From: Chiloscyllium plagiosum
Taxonomy: Eukaryota
Assembly (NCBI RefSeq): GCF_004010195.1
Contig: NC_057718.1
Span: 46,258,600 to 46,292,205 of the forward strand
DNA length: 33,606 nucleotides
Reading direction: 5' to 3'
The notes beneath the pieces were generated by a model. That model saw nothing but the letters and a program-made list of their open reading frames with translations. It was not told where the DNA came from and did no database searches. This document shows, in pieces, positions 10,935 through 22,416 of the stretch (the first letter of the stretch is position 1; the number at the start of each line of letters is the position of its first letter). The translations under genes and the position numbers were made by a program.

Positions 10935-11069
10935 AAAACAACGAACAGCAGATGATGGAGATCTGAAACAAACATAAGCAGAAATTGCTGGATAAACTTA
11001 GCAAGTATGGCAGCATCTCTGGAGAGAAAACAGAGTTAATGTTTGGAGTCTGGTGGCCCTTCTTCAGAA
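10935..11069 (-). mobile_element. PLE terminal-repeat-derived short element with hammerhead remnant
   Basis: Minus strand CTGAAGA-agggccaccagactc-CAAAC-att...gatgctgccatacttgctaagtttatccagc; related to copies at 18415 and 32392. Confidence 0.7.
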
Positions 11070-11074
11070 ATGGT

Positions 11075-11390
11075 CTTCTCCATTTGATTTTGGGTTCCTC
11101 GACCATTCCTTGTGTTTCCTTCAGGCATTGTCTCAACGGTTTTGTTGTAGAGACCAAGTGAAGCAAACTATTTTGCCTATGATTCTGAAAAATCTTTGCA
11201 GGCCAGGAACTGATTTCTGAGTTGGAAACCTGGAGTGATTTTTCTTTTGTGTGTCTGCCATTAATCCATCACTGTTGAAGGTCTATTCCAAGAAGTGAAG
11301 GGATTCCTTGGAAGATTCCCACTTCAGCCCTTAATTATTTGGAACTGGATGCACCCTATCATCAAGGGCTTCCATCATTTTGGTGGTGGT
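11075..11390 (-). mobile_element. Gypsy-type RT C-terminal/connection relic
   Basis: SLHFLE*TFNSDGLMAD...FPTQKSVPGLQRFF/LHLVSTTKPLRQCLK matches Gypsy FLG..I...G...D...P.P......LQRFLG...PLR.LLK. Confidence 0.65.
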
Positions 11391-11391
11391 T

Positions 11392-11760
11392 AAGGGAAGA
11401 TTCGATCAAAGTTTCCAAATTATTAACAGGAAGAGACACAGTAGATAAAGGAAAACCATTTCCACTGGTTGGGGATTCTATAACTAAGGGGGTATAGTCT
11501 GAGAAGTAGGGCCAGACGTTCAGGACAGATGTGAAGAAACACTTTCACACACAGAGGGTGGAAGTTGTTTGAAACTTTCTTCCACAAATGGCTTTGAATG
11601 CAAGATCAGTTGTTAATTTTAAACCTGAGATAGATTTTTTTTCAAGCAAAAGTATTGAGGGATATGGGCCAAAGGCAGGTACATGGAGCTAGGCCATAGA
11701 TCATTCACGAGCTAACTGAGTGGTGAAACAGACTCAAATGGCTGAATGGCCTACCTTTAT
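11392..11760 (+). mobile_element. Older CR1 3' fragment
   Basis: Matches CR1 3' region motifs (ttaagggaagattcgatcaaagtttcc; acacagagggtgg; gggatatgggccaaaggcaggt; ggctgaatggcctac). Confidence 0.8.
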
Positions 11761-11885
11761 TACATGTAACAATATGTTGTCCATAGAACAAATGGCAGTC
11801 TGATGAAGCAAAAATCTCAAAAATACAGTCACAAATCTTGTGAACGACAATGATTTTCTGATCAGTGACAGCTGCTGGAACCCAC

Positions 11886-11942
11886 TGTTTGCACTGAGCT
11901 TCCTGAGAACTCTATATTTGGAAAAGTTGGCTGAACTCTTAT
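11886..11942 (-). CDS. Coding exon, phase 0: IRVQPTFPNIEFSGSSVQT (donor ACA|GTGGGT, or read-through VGSSSCH* to 11862)
   Basis: Acceptor tctcctttatttccatgtag|AT; phase matches the upstream exon. Confidence 0.55.
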
Positions 11943-12197
11943 CTACATGGAAATAAAGGAGACATCGCTCACCAACACCCCATTGAGCTGTATGAGGTCA
12001 ACACAAATTCAGAAGGAATCTTGCGGTTTGGGTACAGTAGCCACGTCCAAGCACCATTTGATCAGTTTTGTAACCGAGCAAGTAACACTTATTTGGTCAT
12101 TTCCTCAAGGTGCTTCTGAACTTCCTTCATTAAATGATATAAAATCTTCCTGGGTGTGTAATGGCATAATGATTTAGCACCTTTTTTTTTTACGTAC

Positions 12198-12229
12198 AAT
12201 GCTGTATTCAGTATTGAGTTTCTTTAATC
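12198..12229 (-). CDS. Coding exon, phase 1->0: (G)LKKLNTEYSI
   Basis: Acceptor tgtcttcaactgtttacag|GA and donor ATT|GTACGT; 32 nt. Confidence 0.6.
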
Positions 12230-12414
12230 CTGTAAACAGTTGAAGACAACCGTGTTCGAACAAGCTCTCAACCTTTAACTGGTCAAACCATTTGACCCGC
12301 CAAAAGAAAGTTGAGGGTAATTTATGTATTCTTGCTCAAAAGTGAGAATTCTTGATTGCAAAGTATGTATACATTCTCTACTACCTGACTGTTACAGTAT
12401 TCCTTCGAGCATAC

Positions 12415-12501
12415 CTTTTACCTTAAGTAGTATACTTCCTGAAGCAGATGGTTGGATTGTTATAGATGGCAGATAGTACTGCTTTATCCATGGAGCAACA
12501 T
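12415..12501 (-). CDS. Coding exon, phase 1->1: (D)VAPWIKQYYLPSITIQPSASGSILLKVK(G)
   Basis: Acceptor gtcatgatattcag|AT and donor AAG|GTATGC; 87 nt, open. Confidence 0.6.
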
Positions 12502-12874
12502 CTGAATATCATGACATTTGCCTCTTGATTAAGCTTAAATCAAGAGAGAAATCCATTACATAAACATCTGCTTGCCGAAAAGCTACATTTGAATCACCAT
12601 TTCCACTAAGAATGCCTTGGGCTTTTCTTCATGATCTTAATTGGCTGATTATTTGTCTGCACTGTAGGTCTGTTATCTCCCCCAACTCTACAACTTCCCC
12701 ATAACTCTGTTCTTCTGACACTGGACTTTTGTGCATCTCCTCTCCACTCACCCCACTATTTAGAAACTGGTCTACACTTTAGATTAGTTCCATCTTCAAC
12801 CCATCTTCGCTGATTCTGCACCTAAGTGATGTGCTTTGGATTACTTTTATATTGTAGCATTATATAGATGTCAG

Positions 12875-13060
12875 TTGTTGATGTTGAACATGATTTTCTT
12901 GTCTCTCGATTCTGTTAGTTTGATATCATCCACACATTTGAAGACTAGTTCTTGCTCAACCTCCAAGTCTCTTATATAAAGTGCAGTGGTCTGCTCTTGG
13001 ATTATTGATGCAGCCCATGCTGATTCAACTTCCTTACAACTTTTGGTATTCAAGTTTCAT
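12875..13060 (-). mobile_element. Ancient CR1/L2 RT remnant
   Basis: LYIRDLEVEQELVFKCVDDIKL resembles IYINDL......SKFADDTKL. Confidence 0.5.
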
Positions 13061-13595
13061 TTAATGCCCTGTCCCAGCTCTCCCTTTGATAAAGTTTACT
13101 GATTTTAACTACTGAATTTTATAGACTAATTTTCATTAATAAACTGAATAAAGATAAAAATGAAAGAGTAGTTTTTGTCAATTTCTACATTTCTACAAAT
13201 GTGCAAGATGGACAAATAATTAACAAATTAAGTGCATCTATTAGTTATATTGGTCATCTTATTAAAGGCTGACATAACATTAAAAAAAAATGAACACAGG
13301 GAGTAATATTTGGCCATGAGTAGCATCTATTTCATGCAAACATTGCACAGCAAATAAGAACAGCAAGAAATAAGATTGGTTATTAATCAGATACCATATC
13401 TTGAGATTGAGGGTTTCATGATTATGGATGAGAATGTTGATGTAGCGTGGACATTTTTAACTTTTAAATCAAAGATTTGCTTTTTAAAAGAGGGGTACTA
13501 TCGACTGAAGAAGACTGTGAAGGTAAATTCAATCACTGTCTGGCAAATTCCTGTATGGGACCCACAGATATCACACATCAGAGAAACTTCAAACT

Positions 13596-13877
13596 GAGGA
13601 CAGTATGGTGGCTCAGTGGTTAGCACTGCTGTCTCACAGCGCCAGAAACCTATGTTCGATTCCACCCTAAAGTAACTGTCTGTGTGAAGTTTCCACATCC
13701 TCCCTGTGTCCACCCTGGTTTCCTCTGGGTGCTCCAGTTTATTCCCACAGTCCAAAGATGTGCAGGTTAGAAGGATTGGCCATGGGAAATGTAGAGTTAC
13801 AAAGATGGGGTGTGTCTGGTTGGGATGTTCTTAGGAGGATTGATGTGGACAGCTTCCACACTGTAAGGATTCTATGA
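13596..13877 (+). mobile_element. Older HE1-type SINE
   Basis: tggctcagtggttagcactgctgtctcacagcgccag, gttcgattcc, core cccacagtccaaagatgtgcagg, tail ccacactgtaaggattctatga. Confidence 0.88.
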
Positions 13878-14032
13878 AAGAGAGAGTGCAACAGGAAGAG
13901 ATAGTGAGAAAGCAGGGTATCTTCGCTGCTCAGTAGAAAACTGCCTCTTGCAGACAACTCCTTTTAAAATGTAAATTCCTTTGGGCTGAGAGAAAGGCAT
14001 TCACAAGGGGGAGGGATTCTTTTTAAATTAGG

Positions 14033-14128
14033 TAAAAACAATGACTGCAGATGCTGGAAACCAGATTCTGGATTAGTGGTGCTGGAAGAGCACAGCAGTT
14101 CAAGCAGCATCCAAGGAGCTTCGAAATC
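14033..14128 (-). mobile_element. PLE terminal-repeat fragment
   Basis: gactgcagatgctggaaacc...gctggaagagcacagcagttcaagcagcatccaaggagc matches 7982-8070. Confidence 0.8.
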
Positions 14129-15949
14129 GTGTTGTATCCAACCAAGGGGGTGGGAGAATAAAGAAAGGAAGCCAGTTCATCCCACCACATCTGGGAGCTT
14201 AACAATGCGATGACCCTCACCCAGGGTCAGAATATAACTGTAGAAATAACATAATATTCTTATTGTGTAGAAGCATAACAAGCAAAAATTATTCGTCACA
14301 TTTGGTGATAATTATATAATCGGTACTGAAATAAATGAAGTTCCATAATTTGATTTAGGGACAACATACCAACATAAAACACATTCAGAAGCAGAAACAA
14401 ATGTTTTCAATCACAATATATTTTTCGCAATGGGAGTGATGATGGGAATTTACAAAAGAGAAAGTGTGTTTATGGGGGGGCTGAAGCTGTTCTAATTCTT
14501 CCTGAACTAGAACAGCACTCACATTGAAGGCCTTGGAGATGTTTGCAATACACTTCCCAGCAGGTGCCTGAATGAAAGATGTTAAAAGACCAATAAAGGG
14601 GCAAATTATGTGAAAAAATATTTTTCTTTCTATACATTTTGAGTCACAGGTCTCCTCTCAAAACTGCTCTGTCAAGCTTAACTGAGAAAATTTGTAGGAT
14701 CTGAAATTTATGACTGTACTGATTGTATTGAAATTCCACAATCACTTTGTATGTTTAAGTATAAGTGATATTGAATGCACTGTAATTGTATACTCATTGT
14801 GAATGTGAAAACAATTGGAGTGTAATGCAATGACAGTTTAACTTCTTTGTGTAGACGCTGCAATAATGTGAGGTTTCACTGACCAGAACAGGGTCACTGG
14901 GCTCGAAACGGTAACTCTGTTTGTTGTGTATGAATACTGAAATGGGTTGAGATCCAATGCTTATCTGCAGCGTGTTTACAATGAACATTCTCAGGGCAGA
15001 ACATTATAAGCCACGTGGAGGCAGCTATGGAGAGAGAAGGACAGAACACGCTTGGAAGTTGTGTATTAATTATCTGCTTGACAGATTCCCACCTCAATCT
15101 CGTTTGGTTGAGGCAGGGTCAGACCGTTATCAATGATCTGACTGCGGGCAGTAAGTAACCAATTAAGAACACCTAACTTGATATTTACAAAATTGAGCTG
15201 ACTGAGAAGAAATCTTGTGAACTCTGTCTCAGGGCCTTGACACCTCAGCTGAGTTGAGTGAATGTTGGGAAGACGTTACCTACTGGAAGAAACATCAAAG
15301 AGCAGAGAGGAGATGCAAGATGCAGAGACTTCGCTATGGAGAGCAATTGGTCCAATGAAGCTGATTTCACAGGTACCTGTGGAATGATAGTGTAAATAGT
15401 CTTGAACCAGGTCAACCAGGCTGAGAAAACACAGGCTGAAGGGCACACGTGGCCATGGTGCCCACTTATTGGGTGGTCAGTTGGACTCACTGAAAAGATG
15501 CAGCATCATTACAGCCTACTTCAGGAATCAGAGAAAACCAGTTGCCTGACGGGCAGAAGAACTCACACCCTTTATAGGATAGTTTTATTTTTGTCAAGGA
15601 TTAGCTTTCTTCACAATCTTGGAGCAGCACTGCCACAGAAGGATGTGCAGAGGCATATGGGTACTTCTAGATCATACCCCAAGTGGTGGAAGAGTATCTA
15701 TCCAGGCCTATTGCACTGAAGATCACAGTCACCCCAAACTTCTAAGCTTCTGGATCTTCCAGGCATTTGTAGAATCTCACCACTGGTCGCACATACCTGC
15801 AGAATGGAGAAGTTGGATGCCTTGTTTGTGAGGATATCTGACTACATTCTATTCCTATAGATCTACTAAAAGGCCTAGATAGCTTGAGCTTTTCCCTCAA
15901 AGGCAGGATTCCCGCACATGACAGGGCTGATAGACTGTATCTTTTTTTC

Positions 15950-16288
15950 TTATTTGGTCATCGCATTTGGGCATTGCTGGCAAGACCAACATTTATTTTC
16001 CATCCCTAATTGTCCCAGCCACTGAGTGGGTCTGGAGTCATGTGTAAGCCAGGCCAAGGACAGCAGAAATACCCTTCCTGAAAGAGTATACATGAACCTG
16101 ATTTTTTAAAAAAAAATACAACAATCGACTGTAGCAACACGCTTAATTAGGCTAACTTTTAATTCCAGATTTTATTGAAATCAAATTTCACTATCTGCCA
16201 TGGTGAGATCTGAACCCGTGAATCAAAACATTAGCCTGGAGATCTGAATACAAGGCCAGTGACATTACCATTACACAATTGCCTCCCC
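15950..16288 (-). mobile_element. tRNA-derived SINE sharing its 3' tail with the CR1/L2-clade LINE at 22417-23190
   Basis: Minus-strand head ggggaggcaattgtgtaatgg...gggttcagatctcacc; tail aattagggatggaaaataaatgttggtc resembles aattaggggcaggcaataaatgctggcc. Confidence 0.7.
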
Positions 16289-17081
16289 ATGTGGCCATGA
16301 AGATTATATCTAAGCAAGCAATTCACGAATGGTTACATGCTCAGCTCATTTAAGATCACTGCAAACAGTTGAGGCAATGGTGTGCAAGGTTCCCTGCAGT
16401 TCTTCTAGGGTACACTTACACTTAGCTGCTTTCTAGGACTGGGATAGTCCATAGTTTCAGGAGCAGGGACAGAAATTCTGGGCCCTGATGCTATTCTTGG
16501 CCCTGCCTTCAAACCAAGTGCAGTGCCCCAGAGAACTCCAGCCCTTGTTATTAGGCCTCTAGTAATTCCCTGTCCTAGGCCCTGCCTGGTTTTACTCTCA
16601 TGCGTCCATGCTATAACTGCAACAAATCTGCCAAAGCTCCTATGTATTGCAGCCATATCATTGAGTCCACTTCACTGTATCATTTCATTGGGTTGGCTTA
16701 TACATCCATGAGATGGACTACTCTTTCAATGGAAGTACTCATATTCTAACAACCGAGGAATGCCACTCAAAAGCCAATAATCCCCTTTAGACATTCATTT
16801 AATGCCATTCTTCCACATGTTTTTACCTATCCTAGTGCTCCTACACAATGCTACCCCAGGAGGGGCAGCAAGGCTAGAGGGAGATTACTGATAATCAGTT
16901 GAAGACGTTGTAAGTGGTTATAGAGGATGGTCTCAAGTAACTGGATCTACAAATTGGCTGTGGACTGCAGCAAGCCAGCATGAGAGACAGCTGCTGGTCT
17001 GGCTTAGATGTAGCAGGCAGAAGTGGAAGAAAAGGAGCCCTCAGAAAAGGGACACATCCATTCAGAATGCTCAGGATGGGC

Positions 17082-17200
17082 TTCTTAATGAAGGGCTTAT
17101 TTTCCTGCTCCTCGGATGCTGTCTGACCTGCTGTGCTTTTCCAGCAACACACTCGCAACTCTGATTTCCAGCATCTGAAATCCTCCGTTTCTTCTCCTCC
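17082..17200 (+). mobile_element. PLE terminal-repeat fragment (hammerhead stem II/GAAA segment deleted)
   Basis: ttaatgaagggctta^ttttcctgctcctcggatgctgtctgacctgctgtgcttttccagc. Confidence 0.8.
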
Positions 17201-18414
17201 ATGCTGTAAACTGTGTGTGGGTTGGGCACTAGTGTCACCAGCCATGCACAGTGGTCAGTGAGTAATCCTTGTCAGCCATTCACCAGCCTTTGGTTTGCTC
17301 TGGTGGCCCAATTTCAGCTGGTGCAGTGGATTATGGCTGAATGAAGACATTAGGACACCAGGCACAAATCCACCTGATGGTCTGTCTGTGGTCACAAAAT
17401 CACTACGGCAGGTGTGGAAGGACAAATACTGTCTTCATGAGAAATGGCATAAGTTTTCTGAGCCATGGAGTTACTGCCAGTCCCACAGGACAGGCTCTCA
17501 GCACTTCTGGTAATCTGGCAGAGGATGGATTTCGGAAGACAGATTGCTGGACAGTTGAGATAGCTTGCAAGTCCTTCACACACTGTAATCCACAGCCGTG
17601 GTCATGAAGTAAGGGTTCTTTTCATGAAAGCAATCTAAGCTCACAATTTAACACTTAGACTCTTATTGTCTTCTGCTTGTTTGCAAATGAACCTGAGACA
17701 TTGGTCATCTGATACTGCATCCTGTTTGCATTCATTATTGTGCTAAAGGAGTCAGCCACCACTTCCACACTGGAAAGGATTGGTTTAAATCTGTGCACAA
17801 AGCATGTGCCAAGTTGGTGCTGGACTCTTTCATGCTCCTTGACAATAATCAAAGCTTTTATGGATGGTTTCACTGTGCATGTTCATTCACTGTGAACCAC
17901 GATCAATCAAGATGTTCATGAGTTGTCTCCAACAGAACTTGTGTCTGTGTTCCTCCTCCTGCAAGCTAATATCTATGTTATCCATGAAGTAAGAACAGCA
18001 GTGAGTGCAAAGTACCTGTTATGGTGATTGGGACTGTCGTGGTTGGATATATGTGTAAAGGTGTTGAGGCTAACAGTACAAGACTGCACTGCAGCAATAG
18101 GATTATCAGGTATGCATCCTGATAGACAGATATGATGGTAGGTAACTGTTGGGAATGTGATGAATTAAGGACTATCTGAGACCAATGGTGCAGTTGGTAG
18201 GATATAACTTTTGAGAATACATTCAGACATTTGCTTCAGCCGAAGTACACCTCTCCTTTAAAAGACAGAAGCTATCTTTGACTGATACTAGCCTACTACT
18301 AGATAATTTGAAGAATAATATTAGTATTATAGAATGTTGCAGCACAAAATATGGCCATTCATCCAAAGAAATCTTTATCTGTGTCCTTAACAGATTATTA
18401 GCTTGCTACCCTCA

Positions 18415-18535
18415 CTAAGAAGAAGAGACTCAAAACATTAACTGTTTGTCTCTCTATAGATCCTGCCAGAACGCTGAGTTTCTCCAACACTTTCTTTTTT
18501 ACTTCACATCTCAAGTGTCCACGGTATTTTGCTTC
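18415..18535 (+). mobile_element. Degraded PLE terminal-repeat-derived short element
   Basis: gactcaaaacattaactg...gatcctgccagaacgctgagtttctccaacac; similar to the 10935 and 32392 copies. Confidence 0.6.
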
Positions 18536-18871
18536 TAATCTAACCTCACCATTACATTTACTCTACAAATTAATTTATTTTCTGAGAAATTACCTAATGC
18601 TATTTTAAGGAACATGTGGACTCTACTTCAGCAATAATTTTAAATCGACAACTTTATGTTCATCTTTTTAGAATTTAAAATTGCTTCAAAAGCTTAATTC
18701 TAACTAACTACCTGTTTTATGATCATGTTCTAAATAGACTGGGGCTAACTAATAGTTATATAGTGTTAATATTACCATTATTACGCACTTCCTAGTCGGA
18801 GTAAATTTATTTTTCTACGTACCAGCATGATAGTTTTAAAATTTTAATACCCAATATTTTTAAAATATTAC

Positions 18872-18905
18872 CAATCCTGGGAAACTGGAATTCCTTTGAT
18901 GCCAG
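18872..18905 (-). CDS. Coding exon, phase 0->1: LASKEFQFPRI(D)
   Basis: Acceptor attcacttttaaactgtcaacag|CT and donor TTG|GTAATA; 34 nt; phases fit both neighbours. Confidence 0.6.
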
Positions 18906-19549
18906 CTGTTGACAGTTTAAAAGTGAATATGTCAATATTGACCTTGGAAGTGTGTGCCTGTGGACATGAATAAGAATGGTACTGGGCTCAGCTGTGAAGA
19001 CCTGCACAGTTAAATAGCCTGCCAACATACTGTCGAAGCTCATTCAGGAAGAATGGTCACTTGGCTGAGGTAACACTGGATTATTAAAATGCACCTACCA
19101 TGAGTCACTGGAAAGGGTCAATAAAAGATACATCCAGAGAAAAGGATTTAACAGTAAACTGAAAATCAAATGCCCCTCAAAAAAAAGTATTTTTAGTTCA
19201 TCTCAAACATAATTCAGTCGGTGGTGTAAAGAAAACAAGGAGCGGTCTCAACAGAAAGAGGAGGAAATAACCCACCATCGACAGCTATGTGAAGCCAGTG
19301 TTTTGACTGGAAATTGGGGAGGTGGATGTTGCATATTCAGAAGGATGTATCCAAATGAAAGGAATTTATTTCTATGAAAATAAGAACCAAAGATGACTTT
19401 CATATTATCCCAGACATTTTAAGGTTTCCTGGAGGGACGCAGGTTCCTATTCCCAAATCCTGGTGCTCATCCTTGCAGCATTTTTCCATATCACTGGAGA
19501 AATTTACCATATTCAGGACCAAAACCAACAAGTTTAATTAATGTATAGA

Positions 19550-19672
19550 GTGTTCAGTTAGCTCAATGGAGAGACAGTTTATGTGTAGCTCAGTATAACG
19601 TTAACAGCAAGGTGTTTGAACCCTGTTCTGGCTTAGGTAGACTCGGGGACTGCTTTCACACTTCACCCTGTA
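19550..19672 (+). mobile_element. Degraded tRNA-derived SINE head
   Basis: A-box-like TTAGCTCAATGG at about 19558 and B-box-like GTTTGAACC at about 19614; no cloverleaf evident. Confidence 0.4.
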
Positions 19673-19839
19673 GTATACTGATGACATAAATCACGACAAC
19701 TCTCAAATAACGGAGGATGTTACTGGAGAAAAAGTGCAAGCGAATGAAACATGCTTTGAGTTGGTTTATCAATTGTGTTTCATCTACTTCGATTTTCTCT
19801 GGCTGGCTGCGCCATTAATTAGTAAACCTTTCTTTGAAT

Positions 19840-20268
19840 TCATTCATTCATGCCATGTGGGCATCACAGGCTTGGCCAGCATTTACTGCCTATCTATAAT
19901 TGCACTAGAGATGCTGTTTGTGAGCTGCTTTCTTGCTCCACTGCAAGTAGTAAGTAGACCCACCATACTATTAATGTGGATTTCAACCCAGCAACAGTGA
20001 AGGAACGGTATGTATTTCCAAGTTAGATTGCAGGGGCACTTGCAGATGATGGTGTTCCCATGTATCTACTGCCCCAGTCCAGCCAAATGGTTGTTGTCAT
20101 GGGTTTGGAAGGTGCTGTTAAGGAACTGAGATGACTCCAACAACCACAACCATCTGACTCTAACCAATGGAGAGTTATCCTCCTGATTCCCATTGACTGT
20201 AGTTTTGCTCAGGATCCTTGATGCCAAGCTAAGTAAAAGGCAGCATTGATATCAAGGGCAGTCACTCT
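19840..20268 (-). mobile_element. CR1/L2-clade LINE fragments (3' tail plus RT piece)
   Basis: Reverse-complement similarity to 22900-23190 and to 2255-2335 (gcccttgatatcaatgctgc). Confidence 0.75.
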
Positions 20269-20290
20269 ATTGCTTACATTGGTTACTTAC

Positions 20291-20337
20291 CAGATCAAGT
20301 AAGATTATGGACATCTTATCAAAACCACCCAGACCAT
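20291..20337 (-). CDS. Exon: (R)WSGWF/DKMSIILLDL (needs one T removed from TTTT), or open phase-1 reading DGLGGFDKMSIILLDL
   Basis: Consensus donor CTG|GTAAGT and weak NAGNAG acceptor ccagcag|A; the 3' half ends in phase 0, matching the next exon. Confidence 0.5.
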
Positions 20338-21169
20338 CTGCTGGCTTGAATGCAACTATGTGTTTTTGCAATTTGTTCAATCTTAATGTTATAACACAAA
20401 GCAGTGTTAATAGCCTTAGGAGTACTAACAGCTTTGCTACTGCTGAATAGATCCAATGGTAAAATATCATGTGAGTTCATCAAAAACAAATGCTTATACA
20501 AAATCAAAAGTTTGAGGATGCTGGAAATCTTAAATAAAAATAGTAAATGCTGGAAATAGAAGCTCTGACTACCAACTGAACTGACCATGAACTGAAAGCC
20601 AGTTCTCCCACACCAATCTTCAGGCCACACATTTAATAGTTTGCCTTTATTTACTCTCTACCAGTTTTGATAGGGCTCAGATGGTAAACCTGACATCATT
20701 ACCTTGCGGTTCTACTTTTTAGTTCAGCGCCTAACTGTTCAAAGTCTTTCATCAGCATCTCCTTTTCAGTCGTATCAATGGCATTGGCACCAACGAGGTC
20801 AACAACGACTGAATCCCACCCTTCTCATTCCAAATTCCTCTCCAAACCCCAAGAAGGTGGCCTTCAATCTGATTTCAAGCAGGCAACCCTACCTTTGGGA
20901 TTCCCGTTCATGACTGCAGAGAACAGTATCTATCCTCTCATTATATTGTCCCTTACCACTACTACATTCCTAGTTCCTTGAATGGATCCCTGTACCTTGA
21001 TGCTATGGTCCCTTCACTCATCCTCCCTGCAGTCCCCTCTCATCACACAGCTTGCAAGAACCTTGTACCTGTTAAATAATTGCGAGACAGAGACTCCTCA
21101 GGAACTGCCTTTGGCTCACCAAACCTGCCTCAGCTACGATCATACCTTTCTATCATTGACCTTTCCATA

Positions 21170-21545
21170 GAGCATTTCACAACCACCAATAGCCCAACAT
21201 GCTTTATAGCCAATGATGTGCTGAAATGTAGGAAATGCAGTTGCCAATTTGTGTACAGCAAGATCCCACAAACAGAAATGTGTGGTGACCATTTAACTGG
21301 TTTTTAAACTGTTGATTAAAGAATACATATTGATCAGAACACCAAGAAGGACTTCCTTGCTTGTTTTGGTAAAAGTGCCATTAGATTTTCTTTTACATTC
21401 ATCTGAAAAGGCAAAACCTCTGTTTAATATCTCACCTGAAAAATGACACTTCTGACACATAACAATCACTCAGAACTGAACAGCAACATCAGCATGGATT
21501 ATTGTGCTGGAGTGTGACTTGAAGCCACAAACCTCTGAACTGAAT
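21170..21545 (-). mobile_element. Old Deu-domain SINE (SacSINE1/AmnSINE1-related)
   Basis: Minus strand gtcagaagtgtcatttttcaggtgagatattaaacagagg resembles the recalled Deu-domain motif gtcggaggtgccgtctttcggatgagacgttaaaccgagg; B-box-like gcttcaagtc at the head. Confidence 0.65.
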
Positions 21546-22106
21546 TGAATCACACAAAAACAAAAAAAAAGTCAAAGGTACCCTGCTGAGTAGCCTACGT
21601 TAAGACAAAATTTTGTAAATAAATCTACGTTGCAATCAGGAAATTTTACACTCAATTTTAGCACTCCCTAAGGATATGTTTTGAATAAACAACAAAGTTC
21701 AAACTTGCTACACAAAAATTATGTTTATTATGGTGCATGACACTGATATAATTTCGCCAACTTGCTTTGTAAGTCTATTTCAGTTAGGCACTGGATAGTT
21801 TGTACTTGAAAAGGTCAAAATATAAATAGCAATGGGTTTGATAGGTTATGGAAACAGATTAGTTTCTATTAAAGAATATGGGATTCTTGCTGTGTCCATG
21901 AAACATTCAACAGCCGAGGCAAACTAATGGTGGTTTATTCTGGAACAAACTTCACTGGGTGCGCACAGCAATAAAGAGAGCAGACAGTGGAGTTCATTTG
22001 TTATTGTATCATTGCACTGATCGGGCAGACCTTTAATAATCAATTCATGATAATCAAGTAATTATTGCGGATAAAGAGCAGGGCAGATGACAAAGTCTTA
22101 TGGCAC

Positions 22107-22167
22107 CTTGTCCTGGGGTCATGCAGGTATTCTTTTGATTCCTCATCGTCAGGCCTTCCTATCATAA
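22107..22167 (-). CDS. Coding exon, phase 1->2: (F)MIGRPDDEESKEYLHDPRT(R)
   Basis: Acceptor ccctctgttctggctacaccag|TT and a moderate donor AAG|GTGCCA; lies within ORF 22040-22249; phase matches the 26.0 kb exon. Confidence 0.6.
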
Positions 22168-22416
22168 CTGGTGTAGCCAGAACAGAGGGATTGGTCCCAC
22201 ACGTCAACCTCAACAAGAGACGAATGAAAGCTTTTCTTCTTTCACCCACTTTGTGCTCACTGTTGGTCTGATCTGCTATCTACCTACTTTGCTGTCTGAC
22301 TGATAAAGGAATTACTTTCAAAGAACATTCTAGGCAGTTATCTCCATTAAATAAATGCCAGCCTTTGGGAAATTTTCAAGTTTTTATGATTTAATTGAAC
22401 AATATCCCTACAATAC

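Noticed and set aside
14221..14237. 17-nt minus-strand micro-exon candidate (ttatgttatttctacag|TTATATTCTGACCCTGG|gtgagg)
   Set aside because: The splice sites are good, but it has TGA in the required phase 1 and would break the 18872-to-12501 junction, which already reads well.
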